The notes: generated by a model from the letters alone, not told the origin. DNA of 64,000 nucleotides from an uncultured delta proteobacterium (GCA_963847445.1 CAWJZV010000018.1:32001-96000), one strand, 5' to 3'; shown: positions 20,423-32,127, counted from the first letter of the stretch. A program made the numbers and translations.

Positions 20423-21426
20423 TTACTTAAGCCGGCCCTCTGCGCGCAATTCTTGCTGGGCTATTTTTAGAATGCGATCGTTGATCACTCGGTCCAAGGT
20501 AAAGTTTTTCTCGACCAGCCCGGCGCGAATATCTTCGTCGAGCATCTGCTGAAGACCCGGCAAGGCCACCGACAAGATCGCCCTTGCAAGCCGCCCGAGT
20601 AGAGATCCCAAGCCGCGCTGACGATCTCCGGATCGCCCTTCAGACCGGCATCGAAGCCCGCTTTAATCGCTTCCTTCTTGTTGAACTTGGCCAACTGCAT
20701 GCCCTGGATGTAGGCCTTGAGCATGCGCTTGCTGGTTTCGGGATATTTGTCGAGCACTTCGTTGCGCGTTACGAGAATATTCTGCGGGATCCCCAGCGAT
20801 TCACTCATGTTGCTGATGAGCGAATAGCCGGCGCGCATCAGGCGCACGCCGTCTTCGGGGGAGAACGGCGCCGCCGCGATCATGCCTTTTTCTATCGCCG
20901 CGGCGCGCAGCACTGTGCCGCCGATGGCGCGCAGGATCACGTCTTTATCGGGATTGAGATTGTGTTTGCGTAGAAATGCCTTGACGGCGAATTCCGAATA
21001 GGTTCCAGCGCCGGTGACACCGATCGGCTTGCCGCGCAAATCTTCCACCGTGCGCGTCTGCTTATTGCCGAGCAGGATATAGTTGGTCGTGCTCGAGATA
21101 CAGCCAAGTATCGTCAAGTCGAGTCCGCGCGATTTGCCGCGAAAGATCGCCTGCGCGCCGCCGATGCTGGCAAAATCCACTTCACCGGAAATCAAAGCCG
21201 CGATCGCCGCCGGACCGCCGCCAATCAGGATCGGCTCGATCTGCAACCCCTGCTGCTTGAAATAGCCGCGCGCCAACGCCGCCCGGAACGGAATCTCGCT
21301 ATTCCACGCGAGACTGACAAAGACCATGCGGACATTCTTCTTCTCCTGCGCCGACGCAACCCCAGCGCAAAGTACCGCGACGATAAGGCAAATCCCAATT
21401 TGCAGTGTTTTCCGAACACCCATCAT
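20423..21426 (-). CDS. NitT/TauT-family substrate-binding protein; frameshift near 20585
   Basis: Signal peptide, ARGYFKQQGL, AALISGEVDF and DLRGKPIGVT. Confidence 0.85.
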
Positions 21427-21466
21427 TCCATCACCCCTCTACTCCAGCACTCCAAGCTTCTCACCC

Positions 21467-21934
21467 TCACCGTTTCGCATACACCGCGGTCTTGCCATTC
21501 TTATCGAACGTCAACACGCTATACGGCTCCGGCTTGCCGCCTTCCATGCCGGGCGACCCGACCGGCATGCCCGGAACGGCGAGGCCAACGATCGGCGGCC
21601 GATCTTTAATAACCTTGTGAATAAGATCCGCCGGCACATGGCCTTCGATGACGTAGCCGTCGATCAAAGCCGTGTGGCAAGCGAAAAGTTGTTGCGGCAC
21701 TCCACGCTGGCGCTTAAGGTCGGTAAACGCGTTGCCAAATAAGACTTTCTTTTCTACTTTGAATCCGTTTTTTTCCAGGTGCACGACCCAGCCATCGCAG
21801 CACTCTCAGGTCGGGGTCTTGTAGACCGTGATAGATTTTACCGCCGATTTCGACGGCGCTTGGCCTAACGTCGGAGCAACCATGAACAAGCTTAAAGCGA
21901 GAACGCAACAAGAGGCAAAACGGTTAATTCGCAT
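21467..21934 (-). CDS. DUF411-family periplasmic metal-binding protein with in-frame UGA (putative Sec) in the CxCC motif
   Basis: GGGAGG RBS, signal peptide, VYKTPT-UGA-ECCDGWVVHL, then ACHTA, EGHVPA and GLAVPGMPVGSPGME. UGA at 21806-21808. Confidence 0.85.
21779..21803 (-). promoter_or_regulatory. Candidate bacterial SECIS hairpin
   Basis: GUGC-U(bulge)-GCGAU-[GGCUGG]-GUCGU-GCAC, starting 2 nt after the UGA. Confidence 0.5.
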
Positions 21935-22026
21935 AGATCCTCCCAGCGCAGAGCAATTTATCAGATACGTTGACATAAATGCGAGCGCTGTTGTAACGAT
22001 TATCAATCTTGTGTAGGAGGCCGGCC

Positions 22027-23157
22027 ATGACCAAGAACGGCATGAAAGTTTTGGATAGCGACATGCACCTGATGGAGCCGGTGGATCTGTGGGAGCGCTA
22101 CATCGACGCGAAGTTCAAAGCCGATGCGCCGCGTGGCATAACCAGCGAAAACGTTCGGGACTTACGAATGGCCCACCCCGATGGCCGGCTCTGGGGCTTA
22201 CCGCCGCGCCACAGCGAACGCACCGTGATCAATCCCGGTCACAACTTCAAGAAAAATCAGGGCACCTACCGCGGCCATTCGGAGCGCGGCTGGAGCGCCG
22301 AAGTCCAGCTCGAAGCCATGGACATCGAAGGCATCGATGTCGCCGTGCTCTATCCGACCCGCGGATTGAATGTGCTGAGCGAACCGCATATGGAGCCCAA
22401 CTTCGCTGGCGCATTGGCCTGCGCTTATAACAACTGGCTCTATGATTTTTGCGAGAAAGATCCCAATCGCCTTCTCGGCGCCGGCATGCTCTCGCCCTTC
22501 GACATCAACGACGCGGTCAAGGAAGCCAAACGTTGCGTCAAAGAGCTGGGCTTTCGCGCCGTGTTCTTGCGCTCGAACATCATGAACGACCGCAACTGGT
22601 TCGATGCCTATTACGAACCGCTGTGGAGCACCTTGGAAGAGCTAGCGGTACCGGTGGGTTTTCACGAATCGTCGTCATCCGCGGCGCGCCAGACCGGCGA
22701 TTGGTTCGAGCCCAACTTCATGCTGCGCCGCGCCGTCGCCCAGCCGATGGAACAGATGCTCGGCCTGGTGGCGATTTGCTCCGGCGGGGTGCTCGCCCGC
22801 CACCCCAAGCTGCGCGTCGCGTTTCTCGAAGCCAATTGCACCTGGCTGCCCTGGCTCCTGTGGCGCCTGGACGAAGGCTGGGAACGCGAAGGGGATATCT
22901 GGGCCAAGGATCTGACCATGAAGCCCAGCGATTATTTCAAACGGCAAGTGTTCGTCTCGGTCGAACCGGACGAAGCCGGCGTGAAATATGTTATCGACTA
23001 TATCGGCACCGATCGTTTAGTCTTCTCCACCGATTATCCCCACGGCGATTCAAAATATCCTCAGGCCGTCGAAAGTTTTCTCGAGCTCAAGATCAGCGAC
23101 GACGACAAGCGGAAAATACTCTGGGACAATTGCGCCGAGTTCTACAAAGTTAGCTAA
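22027..23157 (+). CDS. Amidohydrolase family protein (Amidohydro_2)
   Basis: DSDMH, GIDVAVLYPT, VGFHE, FLEAN and FSTDYPHGD. Confidence 0.9.
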   Translation: MTKNGMKVLDSDMHLMEPVDLWERYIDAKFKADAPRGITSENVRDLRMAHPDGRLWGLPPRHSERTVINPGHNFKKNQGTYRGHSERGWSAEVQLEAMDIEGIDVAVLYPTRGLNVLSEPHMEPNFAGALACAYNNWLYDFCEKDPNRLLGAGMLSPFDINDAVKEAKRCVKELGFRAVFLRSNIMNDRNWFDAYYEPLWSTLEELAVPVGFHESSSSAARQTGDWFEPNFMLRRAVAQPMEQMLGLVAICSGGVLARHPKLRVAFLEANCTWLPWLLWRLDEGWEREGDIWAKDLTMKPSDYFKRQVFVSVEPDEAGVKYVIDYIGTDRLVFSTDYPHGDSKYPQAVESFLELKISDDDKRKILWDNCAEFYKVS

Positions 23158-23247
23158 GTCGTTCTAGCGCTCAGACGCAACGCTTGCTTGCGGCTGGTGC
23201 GCACTCCTGCTAACAAAGAGGAATTGTCTGACGGAAGAACTAATCTT

Positions 23248-24459
23248 ATGGCGAATGAAAGCCCAATCAGAAAGCTCAAGCTCGGCATCGTCGGCATCGG
23301 CGTCGGCGCCTCGGAAATCTTGCCGGCGATGGAGCAGATCCCCGAGTTCGAGCTCGCCGCCGCCGCCGATGTCAATCCGCGCGTGCTTGACACCTTCCGC
23401 GAACGTTATGGCGCGAAGACCTACGACAGCGTCGAGAAATTATGCGCCGATCCCAACGTCGAGGCGGTGTGGATATCGACGCCCAATCGATTTCACGCCG
23501 CCCACACGATCATCGCCGCCAACGCCGGCAAGCATGTGGTGGTCGAGAAACCGATGGCGATCTCGCTCCAAGAAGCCGAGAAAATGATCGAGGCGACGAT
23601 CAAGAATAAAATTAAACTCCTGTGCGGCCATACCCAGAGCTTCGGGCCGCATATCAGGACCATGCGCAAGATCATCCGCTCGGGTGAATTAGGCCGCCTA
23701 TGCGCCCTTCATGTCTGGGCCTATACCGATTGGATGCTCCGGCCGCGCACTGCGGACGAACTGGACATCAACCAGGGCGGCGGCGTGCCCTACCGCCAGG
23801 GGCCGCACCAGATCGACACATTGAGGCTGCTCGGCGGCGGCATGGTGCGCAGCGTGCGCGGCTCCACCGGCGCTTGGTTCAAAGGCCGGCCGATTCCCGG
23901 CTACTATTCGGCTTTCATGGAATTCGACGACGGCACTCCCGCAACGCTCATGCACAATGGCTACGGCTATTTTCTGGCGTCGGAATTGGTCCCATGGGGC
24001 GGCCAGAACAGCCGCTACAGCGAAGCCGAACGCGCAGCCGTGCGCAAATCCTTGCTCGACGGCACGCGGGACGAGAACGCCGACAAGGACGCCATGCGCA
24101 TCGGCGGCGCCAACGAACGAGAAATTCGCGACCGCAGCAAGGTCAAACCCTGGCTGCCCAACGACCTGGGCATTCTGGTCGCGACCTGTGAAAAAGGCGA
24201 CATCCGCCAGTCGCAACATGGACTGTTCGTCCACTGCGACGAAGGCACCAAGGACGTGCCGCTCATCGGCGGCGGCGGTCCGTCGCGGCGCGGCGAGCTG
24301 ATGGAACTCTACAATGCCGTCATACTCGACAAACCGATCCGCCACACCGGTCCCTGGGGCATGGCGACGCTGGAAGTCTGCCTGGCGATCATCGAATCGG
24401 CGAAGCAAAGAAAAGAGATTTACTTAAAGCACCAGGTGCCGGCGCCGGAGGAAGATTAA
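23248..24459 (+). CDS. Gfo/Idh/MocA oxidoreductase, phthalate 4,5-cis-dihydrodiol dehydrogenase-like
   Basis: HVVVEKPMA, YTDWMLRPR..ELD..GGGV.YRQGPHQID.LRLLGGG and GMATLEVC, as in the OphB/Pht4 subgroup. Confidence 0.8.
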   Translation: MANESPIRKLKLGIVGIGVGASEILPAMEQIPEFELAAAADVNPRVLDTFRERYGAKTYDSVEKLCADPNVEAVWISTPNRFHAAHTIIAANAGKHVVVEKPMAISLQEAEKMIEATIKNKIKLLCGHTQSFGPHIRTMRKIIRSGELGRLCALHVWAYTDWMLRPRTADELDINQGGGVPYRQGPHQIDTLRLLGGGMVRSVRGSTGAWFKGRPIPGYYSAFMEFDDGTPATLMHNGYGYFLASELVPWGGQNSRYSEAERAAVRKSLLDGTRDENADKDAMRIGGANEREIRDRSKVKPWLPNDLGILVATCEKGDIRQSQHGLFVHCDEGTKDVPLIGGGGPSRRGELMELYNAVILDKPIRHTGPWGMATLEVCLAIIESAKQRKEIYLKHQVPAPEED

Positions 24460-24470
24460 CAATCGAAAAA

Positions 24471-24632
24471 GCACGAAGCACGAAATCCGAAATTCGAAAC
24501 AAATCCAAATGACCCAATATCCAATGTTCCAAACGGTTCCGATCCGGATTCCGCGTTTTGAACATTTCAGCCGGTTTTCTAATTGTTTAGATGTTAGTTT
24601 GTTTCGGATTTCGATATTCGGATTTCGGATTT
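24471..24632. repeat. Heptamer-repeat palindromic intergenic element
   Basis: CGAAATCCGAAATTCGAAAC on the left and GTTTCGGATTTCGATATTCGGATTTCG on the right. Confidence 0.75.
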
Positions 24633-24667
24633 TCTGTCTGTCCAAGGTAAAAATCTAAGGAGGCTCC

Positions 24668-25648
24668 ATGCATAACAATCAAATCACCGTCGACGTTCAC
24701 GGCCACATGACCACACCCGCGGTATTCCGCCAGTTTCTCGCGGAAACCGTCTCGCAAAACACGCCCAATCGAAAATTGGATATGAGCGACGAGCAGCTCG
24801 AAGCCGCCCAGCAGCGCCATCTGAAATTCATGGACGACCGCGGCATCGACGTTCAGTTGATCGGCCCGCGCCCCATCGCCATGTGGCACTGGATGCGGCC
24901 GTTCCTGCAAGAGTTCTGGGCGTTCACGACCAACAATGTCATTGCCCGTATCGTCAAGTTGCACCCCGACCGTTTCCGCGGCATGGCGCAACTGCCGCAG
25001 TCGCGCGACAAGGACACGCGTAATTGTCTGCCCGAGTTCGAGCGCTGCATCAAGGAGCTGAACTTCGTCGGCGCTTATTTGAATCCCGATCCCGCCGGCG
25101 ACAAGCAGACTCCCGGCGTGCATGAAGAGTATTGGCACCCGCTCTACGACAAGGCGGTGCAATTGGATGTCCCGCTGATGGTCCATCCATCCACTACCTA
25201 TGACCGGCGGTTAGAAATCATCCCGGCGAACTATCAGATGAACAACTATCTGGAAGAGTTTGTCGCCATGCAGCTCTACATGCACAGCAAGATTTTCCAG
25301 ACCTTTCCGAAATTGAAGATCGTCATCTGCCACTGCGGCGGCGGACTTAACCGCTTCATCCCCAACGACCACCATGTCGGCCAGGGCGATTTCAGCAAGA
25401 ATCTCTTTTTCGATTCCTGTGTTTACGACGTGAACTACCTGGAAGCCGCCATCAAGCAACGCGGCGTCGACCAAGTCCTGTTCGGCACCGAGTCCCCCGG
25501 CTCCGGCGGCGCCGTGCGCAAAGACACCGGCAAGCCATCGGACGACATGATCCCGGTGATCGATGGTCTCGGATTCTTGAGCGCGGAGGATAAGCTGAAG
25601 ATCTTCCAGAAAAATCCTTTGAAAGTTTTCACAAAAGTAAAGATCTAA
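24668..25648 (+). CDS. Amidohydrolase, LigJ (4-oxalomesaconate hydratase)-like
   Basis: DVHGH, DVQLIGPRP, HPDRF..QLPQS, LNPDP, MVH and LFGTE.PG. Confidence 0.75.
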   Translation: MHNNQITVDVHGHMTTPAVFRQFLAETVSQNTPNRKLDMSDEQLEAAQQRHLKFMDDRGIDVQLIGPRPIAMWHWMRPFLQEFWAFTTNNVIARIVKLHPDRFRGMAQLPQSRDKDTRNCLPEFERCIKELNFVGAYLNPDPAGDKQTPGVHEEYWHPLYDKAVQLDVPLMVHPSTTYDRRLEIIPANYQMNNYLEEFVAMQLYMHSKIFQTFPKLKIVICHCGGGLNRFIPNDHHVGQGDFSKNLFFDSCVYDVNYLEAAIKQRGVDQVLFGTESPGSGGAVRKDTGKPSDDMIPVIDGLGFLSAEDKLKIFQKNPLKVFTKVKI

Positions 25649-25781
25649 GAAGGTGGAGGATGGAGTCACAAAAGATTGAAGATGGAGACTGGCGCAGTGC
25701 GTCGTGAGTCCTCGTATCTCCCATCCTCGACGATCTCCAGCCTCCAAGACAGCGGTGCGACAAACACAACGGAGGAGTTAC

Positions 25782-28008
25782 ATGGTTTACCAAGAGCGTC
25801 AATAGAGCAGTACCGCGCATCGAAGGTGCGGATAAAGTTTCCGGCAACATGCGCTACGCAGCGGACCTGAACTTCCCCGCCGCGTTGTCGGCGAAAATTC
25901 TGCGCAGCTCATTGCCCCACGCCCGCATCGTCAGCATCGACACCTCCAAGGCTGCGAAGCTGCGCGGTGTCCGTGGCATCATCACCGGCGCCGATGTCAA
26001 AGGCGTCATGGTCGGACTGCGCATGAAAGACATGCCGCTGCTCGCCGATGACAAGGTGCGCTACGCCGGCGAGCCGGTGGCCGCGGTTGCCGCGGACACC
26101 GACGAGATCGCCGAAGAGGCTTTGAATCTCATCGACGTGCAGTATCAAGAACTACCCTTCGTCACCGATCCCGTTGAGGCAACCAAAGCGGGCGCGCCGG
26201 TGCTGCACGACGATCCAATGTCCTACAAGAATGCCCCGGAGCGCGACATCGATCTGCCCAATGTGCAGTCCTACGGCAAATGGTCCAACGGCGATGTCGA
26301 CGCCGGCTTGCAAAAGGCCGCGCGCGTTTTCGAGCATACCTTCCGCACGCCGTTGGGATTTCACGGCTACATCGAGCCGCACGCATGCACCGTCGAGATT
26401 CATGACGACGGCCGCGTTGAAATCTGGGCGTCGAACAAAGCGCCATTCACACTGCGCGCTCGTTTTGCCCGCGATGTCGGCGTCGAGGAAGCGAAAGTCA
26501 AAGTTCACATTCTTCCGGTCGGCGGCGATTTCGGCGGCAAGACTTCGGTCGCCGAGGCGCCGATCTGCTATTTTCTCGCTAAGAAGACCGGCAAAGCGGT
26601 CCGCATGGTCTTGGAATACACCGAAGAGGTTACGGCCATTTCACACCGCCATCCGGCGGTGATCACGCTGCGCACCGGCGTCGATGGCGACAACAAGATT
26701 TGCGCCATGGCGATCAAAGCGGTGTTTAGCGGCGGCGGTTATGCGGCGCTCAAAGCCAACGCGGAAGTTACCGTCCAAGGCCCGCGCCGCGCGGCGAGCT
26801 ACTATCGCTTTCCGGCGATCCAAGTCGAAACCTTGTGCGTTTACACCAATCAAGTCCCCTGCACCCAGACGCGCACGCCGGGCAGCCCGCAGACTACCTT
26901 CGCCGTCGAATCTCAGATCGACATCATCGCCCGCGAGCTCGGACTCGACCCGGTGAAATTTCGCATGAACAATCTGCTCAACGCCGGCGATCCGACACCG
27001 TTCGGGCAAAAACTCCAAGGCATCGTCGTCAAGGAAACCCTGAGCAAAGCCCTCGAAGTTTCCGGCTGGAATAAGCCCAAGGCAAAGAACGTCGGCCGCG
27101 GCGTCGCCGTCTACGAACGGCCATCCGGCGCCGGCAAATCCGGCGCGGCAATCACCGTCGAAGCCGACGGCAGCCTGAGCGTTCATTTAGGCGTGCCCGA
27201 CGTCGGTCCCGGCATCCATACCGTGGTCCAGCAGATCGTCAGCGAAGTGCTCGAATTGCCCCGCGAGCGGGTGACGGTTCGCGTGCAAGACACCGACAGC
27301 TCGCCCTACGACTCCGGCACCGGCGGCAGCAAGTCGACCAACAGCGTCGGCACCGCCGCCTATCAAGCCGTCACCGAAGTTAAGGAAAAACTCATCGCCC
27401 TCGCGGCAATGAAATTTGGCTGCAAGCGCGAAGCGATCGCGGAATCGAAGGGCCGGTATAACGTGCCGGGGCAAAAGCCGATGTCATGCACCGACATGAT
27501 CCGCCACGCCGTCGCGCAGAACGGCGGCGCGCTGACGCACTTGAGTAACTACGAACCGGCACGCGCGCCGATCACGTCGTTTGCCGCACAGGTCGCCGAA
27601 GTCGAAGTCGACCCGGGCACCGGCCAGGTCAAAGTGACAAAACTCACGACAGTTCATGATTCTGGCACGGTCTTGAATCACTTGAGCTATACGGGGCAAA
27701 TCGACGGCGGCATCATCAACGGCTTAGGCTTCGCGCTGATGGAAGACAATTCGCTCGTCGACGGCAAGATGCCGACAGTCAACCTCGGCGAGTTCAAAAT
27801 GGCCAATATCGCCGACGTGCCGAAACTGACGACGGTGCTGATGGAAACTCCGGCGGGACCGATTCCCTATCAAGGCAAAGCCATAGCGGAAATTCCCAAC
27901 GTCCCGACCGCCGCCGCCATCGCCAACGCGATCCAAGACGCCTGCGGCGTGCGCATCTTGGATTTACCGATAACGGCGGAAAAGGTTTATGGGATGCTGA
28001 AGAAATAG
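25782..28008 (+). CDS. Xanthine/CO dehydrogenase-family molybdopterin-binding large subunit; frameshift near the start
   Basis: PRIEGADKVSG, HGYIEPH, VGGDFGGK, GQIDGG and KAIAE.PNVP..AAIANAI. Confidence 0.9.
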
Positions 28009-28068
28009 ATTCGGAATCTGGCAATTAACCGCAAAGGGCGCAAAAAACGTAAAAAGGAATTGAGTCTT

Positions 28069-28210
28069 GTAGGGGCGTGGTTTTAAACCCGCCCTCTAGG
28101 ATCCACCTATTGAACAGTTTACACCGAGCGCTGGGCCAACCGGGCGGCCAAATTTTACAATACCAACGGGTGAAATCAGAACCGTAGGGGCACCACCCTG
28201 TGATTGCCCT
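28069..28210 (+). repeat. GTAG-type REP palindromes (further copies at 41477-41503 and 51381-51405)
   Basis: GTAGGGGCG..TTTAAACCCGCCC and GTAGGGGCA..TGCCCT. Confidence 0.65.
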
Positions 28211-28213
28211 TCT

Positions 28214-28521
28214 TTATTTCGCAACCGAGCTACACCGACTCGACAAAATACTGTTCCACCCGGGCAATGTGCCGGGCGGGATCGGGTTGCAGCGAACGCC
28301 GTTCGTCGGAGTGATAGAAAGCTTGATTCTGCGATCTCCCAATCGTCCGCAGTATCGCGGCTCAGAAACCAGACGAATTGGTTGGTCTCTTTCACCTTCC
28401 AGCCGCCACTGACGTGAAAACCAAACTTCTCTCGCAACGGCTTAATCTCGTCGCGCCACTCGCTGGCAAAAGCATCGAGACTGCCGCGATTGATGGTGTA
28501 GATATGAATCTGCGTCGGCAT
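28214..28521 (-). CDS. NIPSNAP-family protein; frameshift near 28320
   Basis: QIHIYTINRG, IKPLREKFGF and NQFVW. Confidence 0.7.
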
Positions 28522-28541
28522 GGGCGGAATTTAGCGACCGG

Positions 28542-29670
28542 CTACTTTCCCTCTTTCACCTTCACGATCTGCTTGAGCAGATCGAACATCGGCGTCATGT
28601 CGGCGTACTTGGGATCGGAGACATCGAAATACCGTTTGCCGGCTTGCATGCGGTTGACCGGAACCAAGACGTCTTTGGGAATATCGGTGCGGCGTGAGTT
28701 GGGGGCGTCTTCGCCGTAGAGGTCCTGATGTTTTTGCAGGGCGATCTGGCCGCGGCGGGAGAGAAACCAGTTGACGAAGACCTTGGCCGCGTTGGGATTG
28801 GGCGCGCCTTTGATGAAGCTCATCGAGCCGCCGCCGGAGGTTAGCTGGACGCCTTCTTTCCAGTCGACGTTGTCGAGTTCGTCCACCGGCAGTCCTTGCG
28901 ACTTGGCTCGGGCGGTATCGCGGCATCCGACGCACATGGCATAACGTCCCTGCGCCAGCCAGTCGGTGATCTGCCGGCGGTCGCGGCCGTAGACCGGCTG
29001 CATATCACCGAAGAGCTTGCGGATATAATCCGCACCCAGACTCGGGATGATAGTAATAGAACTGCAACGACGCGCCCAACCCGGTCCCCAGCGGATCTTG
29101 CGAGACGTACTTCCCCTTCCACTTTGGATTGACCAGATCCCAATAAGATTTGATCTCCTTGGAGTTCACCATATTGGTGTTGTAATAAAAACCCGACGAC
29201 GACGGATTGGCGATGTAAATAAACACATGGCGCTGCTCAGGGTCGGTGTAGCGATGGCGCCCTTCCAACCATTTGGTTTCGTCGAGGACTTCGGGAAGAA
29301 GCAACAACGATTTGATCGAGTCGAGCGCCTTGCCTTCGTACAGGACTTCGTAGTTGGTATTGGCTCCGCCGCTGAAAAGATCGGCGACCACATGGCCGGC
29401 GCGGATCTCGGTGATGATCCTGGTTCCCAGCGAATTGCCCGCGCCGTTTACGGTCACCAGCTTGATCTCGGGAAACTCTTTACGAAATTCGTTCAGCAAC
29501 GGCTCGCTGCCGTAGCGGCCGACGTAAAAGTTCAACTTGCCTTCCTTCTTGGCCGCGGCCACGGTCTGCTCCCAGTTCGCTTGCCATGCCGGCTTGGCAT
29601 CGGCGGCAAAACCCGCCGACCCTGAAGTTAGAACCAGGAACGCCAATAGAGCCAATCGAATATTTATCAT
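28542..29670 (-). CDS. Extracellular solute-binding protein (Fe(III)/SBP_bac_6-like), copy 1; frameshift near 29020
   Basis: AAAKKEGKL, SYWDLVNPKWKGK and APNPNAAKVFVNWFLSRRGQ. Confidence 0.85.
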
Positions 29671-29672
29671 AT

Positions 29673-30823
29673 TTATTTTCCCTCACGCCCTTTCATGAAT
29701 TCCTTGGTCAATTGATAGATCGGCGTCATATCGGAATGCTTAGCGTCGGAGAAGTCGAAGTAGCGCCGCCCTTCCACAAGCCTGCTCGCCGCCGGAAGAG
29801 CGTCTTTGGGAATATCGATGCGCCGCGAGTTGGGCGGGTCTTCACCGTAGAGATCTTCGTATGTTTGCAGGGCGATCTGGCCGCGGCGCGACAAAAACCA
29901 GTTGATGAACAGCTTGGCGGCGTTGGGATGCGGCGCGCCTTTGATCAAGACCGAGAGAACCGCCGCCGGACGAAACATGGGCGCCTTCCTTCCAATCGAC
30001 CATGTCCAGATCATCCACCGGCAGTCCCTGCTTGTTGGCCTTCTCCGAATCGCGGCAGCCCATGCACAACGCGAACTTTCCCTGGGCCAGCCAATCGGTC
30101 ATCTGGCGGCGGTCTTTCGAATAGACCGGCTGCTGATCGACAAACAGCTTGCGCAAGAACTCCGGCCCGAGCTCAGGATGATAATAGAAAAACTGCAACG
30201 ACGGCCCGATGCCGGTGCCGGTGGGATCTTGGGAAACGAATTTGCCTTTCCACTTGGGCTGGACCAAATCCCAGAACGATTTGAACTCCTTGGGATTGAC
30301 CAGGCTGGTGTTGAAATAAAGACTCGCCGAAGTCGGATTGGCGATGTAGATGAACACATGCTGCTGTTCCGGATCGTTGTAGCGGTGCTTGCCGCCGTAC
30401 CATTTGGACTCGTCGAGCACTTCCGGCAACAATCAACGCGGACTTGATCGAGTCGAGCACCTTGCCTTTGTAAAGAATCTCGAAATTGGTCACCGCGCCG
30501 CCACTGTAGAGATCGGCGACCATCGCGCCCGCGCGCGCTTCGGCGACAATGCGCGTGCCCAGCGAATTGCCGGCGCCGTTGGTGCTGACGATCTTGATCT
30601 CGGGAAACTCCTTGCGAAACTCGTTCAAGCAACTTCTCGCTGCCATAGCGGCCGACGTAGAGATTGAGCCGCCCCTCTTTCTTGGCCGCGGCGACCGTCT
30701 TATCCCAGTCGGCTTGCCACGCCGGCTTGCTCTCGGCCGCAAGAATCGATTCGATGGGCAGTGAGAAGTACCAACAGCAACATCGAAATGACGGACGATA
30801 TTCGGTCGTGCACGAATTTCCAT
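29673..30823 (-). CDS. Extracellular solute-binding protein, copy 2; multiple frameshifts
   Basis: Close paralog of copy 1: SFWDLVQPKWKGK and APHPNAAKLFINWFLSRRGQ. Confidence 0.8.
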
Positions 30824-30920
30824 TCCTGAAACTGATGCAATCGAGCTTTAACTCGCCCTACTGGATATGGGTCAGTCCTACCGATCGTCTGAGCTCGCGA
30901 GGATCGTAATCTCCCACGCG

Positions 30921-32127
30921 CTACTTCTTCGCCGGCAGCACTTCGTCGAGCAATTTATAGAGCGGCTTCAAATCCTTGGTGTCGGGATCATCGGTGTCGA
31001 AATAGGCCATCTTGTCGCGCCGCGCTTGATTGGCCGGCACATGATCCTTGGGCACGTCGACGCGCCGCGAGTTGCGCGCGTCGCCGGGAATGCTGATCGA
31101 TTTTTTGAAACAGCGTCTGGCCTTCGCGCGACAGCAGCCAATTGATGAACACCTTGGCCGCGTTAGGATGGGGCGCGCGGTTCATCAGCGCCAGGGAGCC
31201 AAAGGCCGATGACAAGTTCACGCCTTCCTTGAAATGGAATGGGTTCGAACTCTTCCACCGGCAAGCCCTGATTCTTGGCCCGATGAATCTGGCCGCCCTG
31301 GATCGGCAGAATCAAGCTAAACTTACCCGCGCCCAACCAATCCACCGATTGGCGCAGGTCGGCGCTCATGGTCACGTCCATCTCGCTGAAGAAGCGGCGC
31401 AAGATACTTTGGCCCTAGCTCAGGACTGTAATAGAGAAATTGCCAGGGAATTCCCGCGCCGCGCACTCGGCGAATATCGCTGGAGAGAATTTTGCCTTTG
31501 AGCTTTGGATTGAACAAATCCCAGTAACTCTTGTACTCGCGCGGATCGATGAGCTGGGTGTTGTAAGGCCGCGCCGGCGCCGGCCGAGACATTGCCCTCG
31601 TAGACAATAACATATTCGCCTTCTTTGTCGGAGTACTTATGTTTGCCTTCCCACCATTTGCTGGTGTCCAACACTTCCGGGAGGATCAACGCCGGTTTGA
31701 TCGGGTCGAGCATTTTGCCCGACGTAAAGAGCTTGGTAGAGCGAGATCGCCGCCGCCGTTGTAGACATCGAGGAGATACTTGCCGGCGCGGCGCTCGGCG
31801 ATGATCCGCTGGGTCATATCGGTGCCCGCGCCGGTGATGCTAGTTGACCTTGATCTTGGGATAGGCTTTCTGAAAAACTCCGGATTCGATGACTGCGCCA
31901 TAACCGCCGATGGAAACGTTGACCTGCCCTTCCTGCTCCGCCGCCCGCACCGTGCGATCCCAGTCTGCCTGCCATTTCGGCGCATTCGGCGGCGTGCAGG
32001 TTGGCTGCCAGCAACAAGCAGCCGCCACAGCCCATTTTAGATTTTGAATTTTGGATTTTGGATTGGGGAAAACGAGCTGGTCACGGCAACGCCACGGAAA
32101 AATTTTATCCGATAATCCAAAATCCAA
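30921..32127 (-). CDS. Extracellular solute-binding protein, copy 3; many frameshifts, start uncertain
   Basis: AAEQEGQV, AERRAGKYLLD, SYWDLFNPKLKGK and APHPNAAKVFINWLLSREGQ. Confidence 0.75.

Noticed and set aside
24471-24632. Short periodic repeats as a CRISPR array
   Set aside because: These are degenerate 7-nt units in inverted orientation with no unique spacers, and there are no cas genes.
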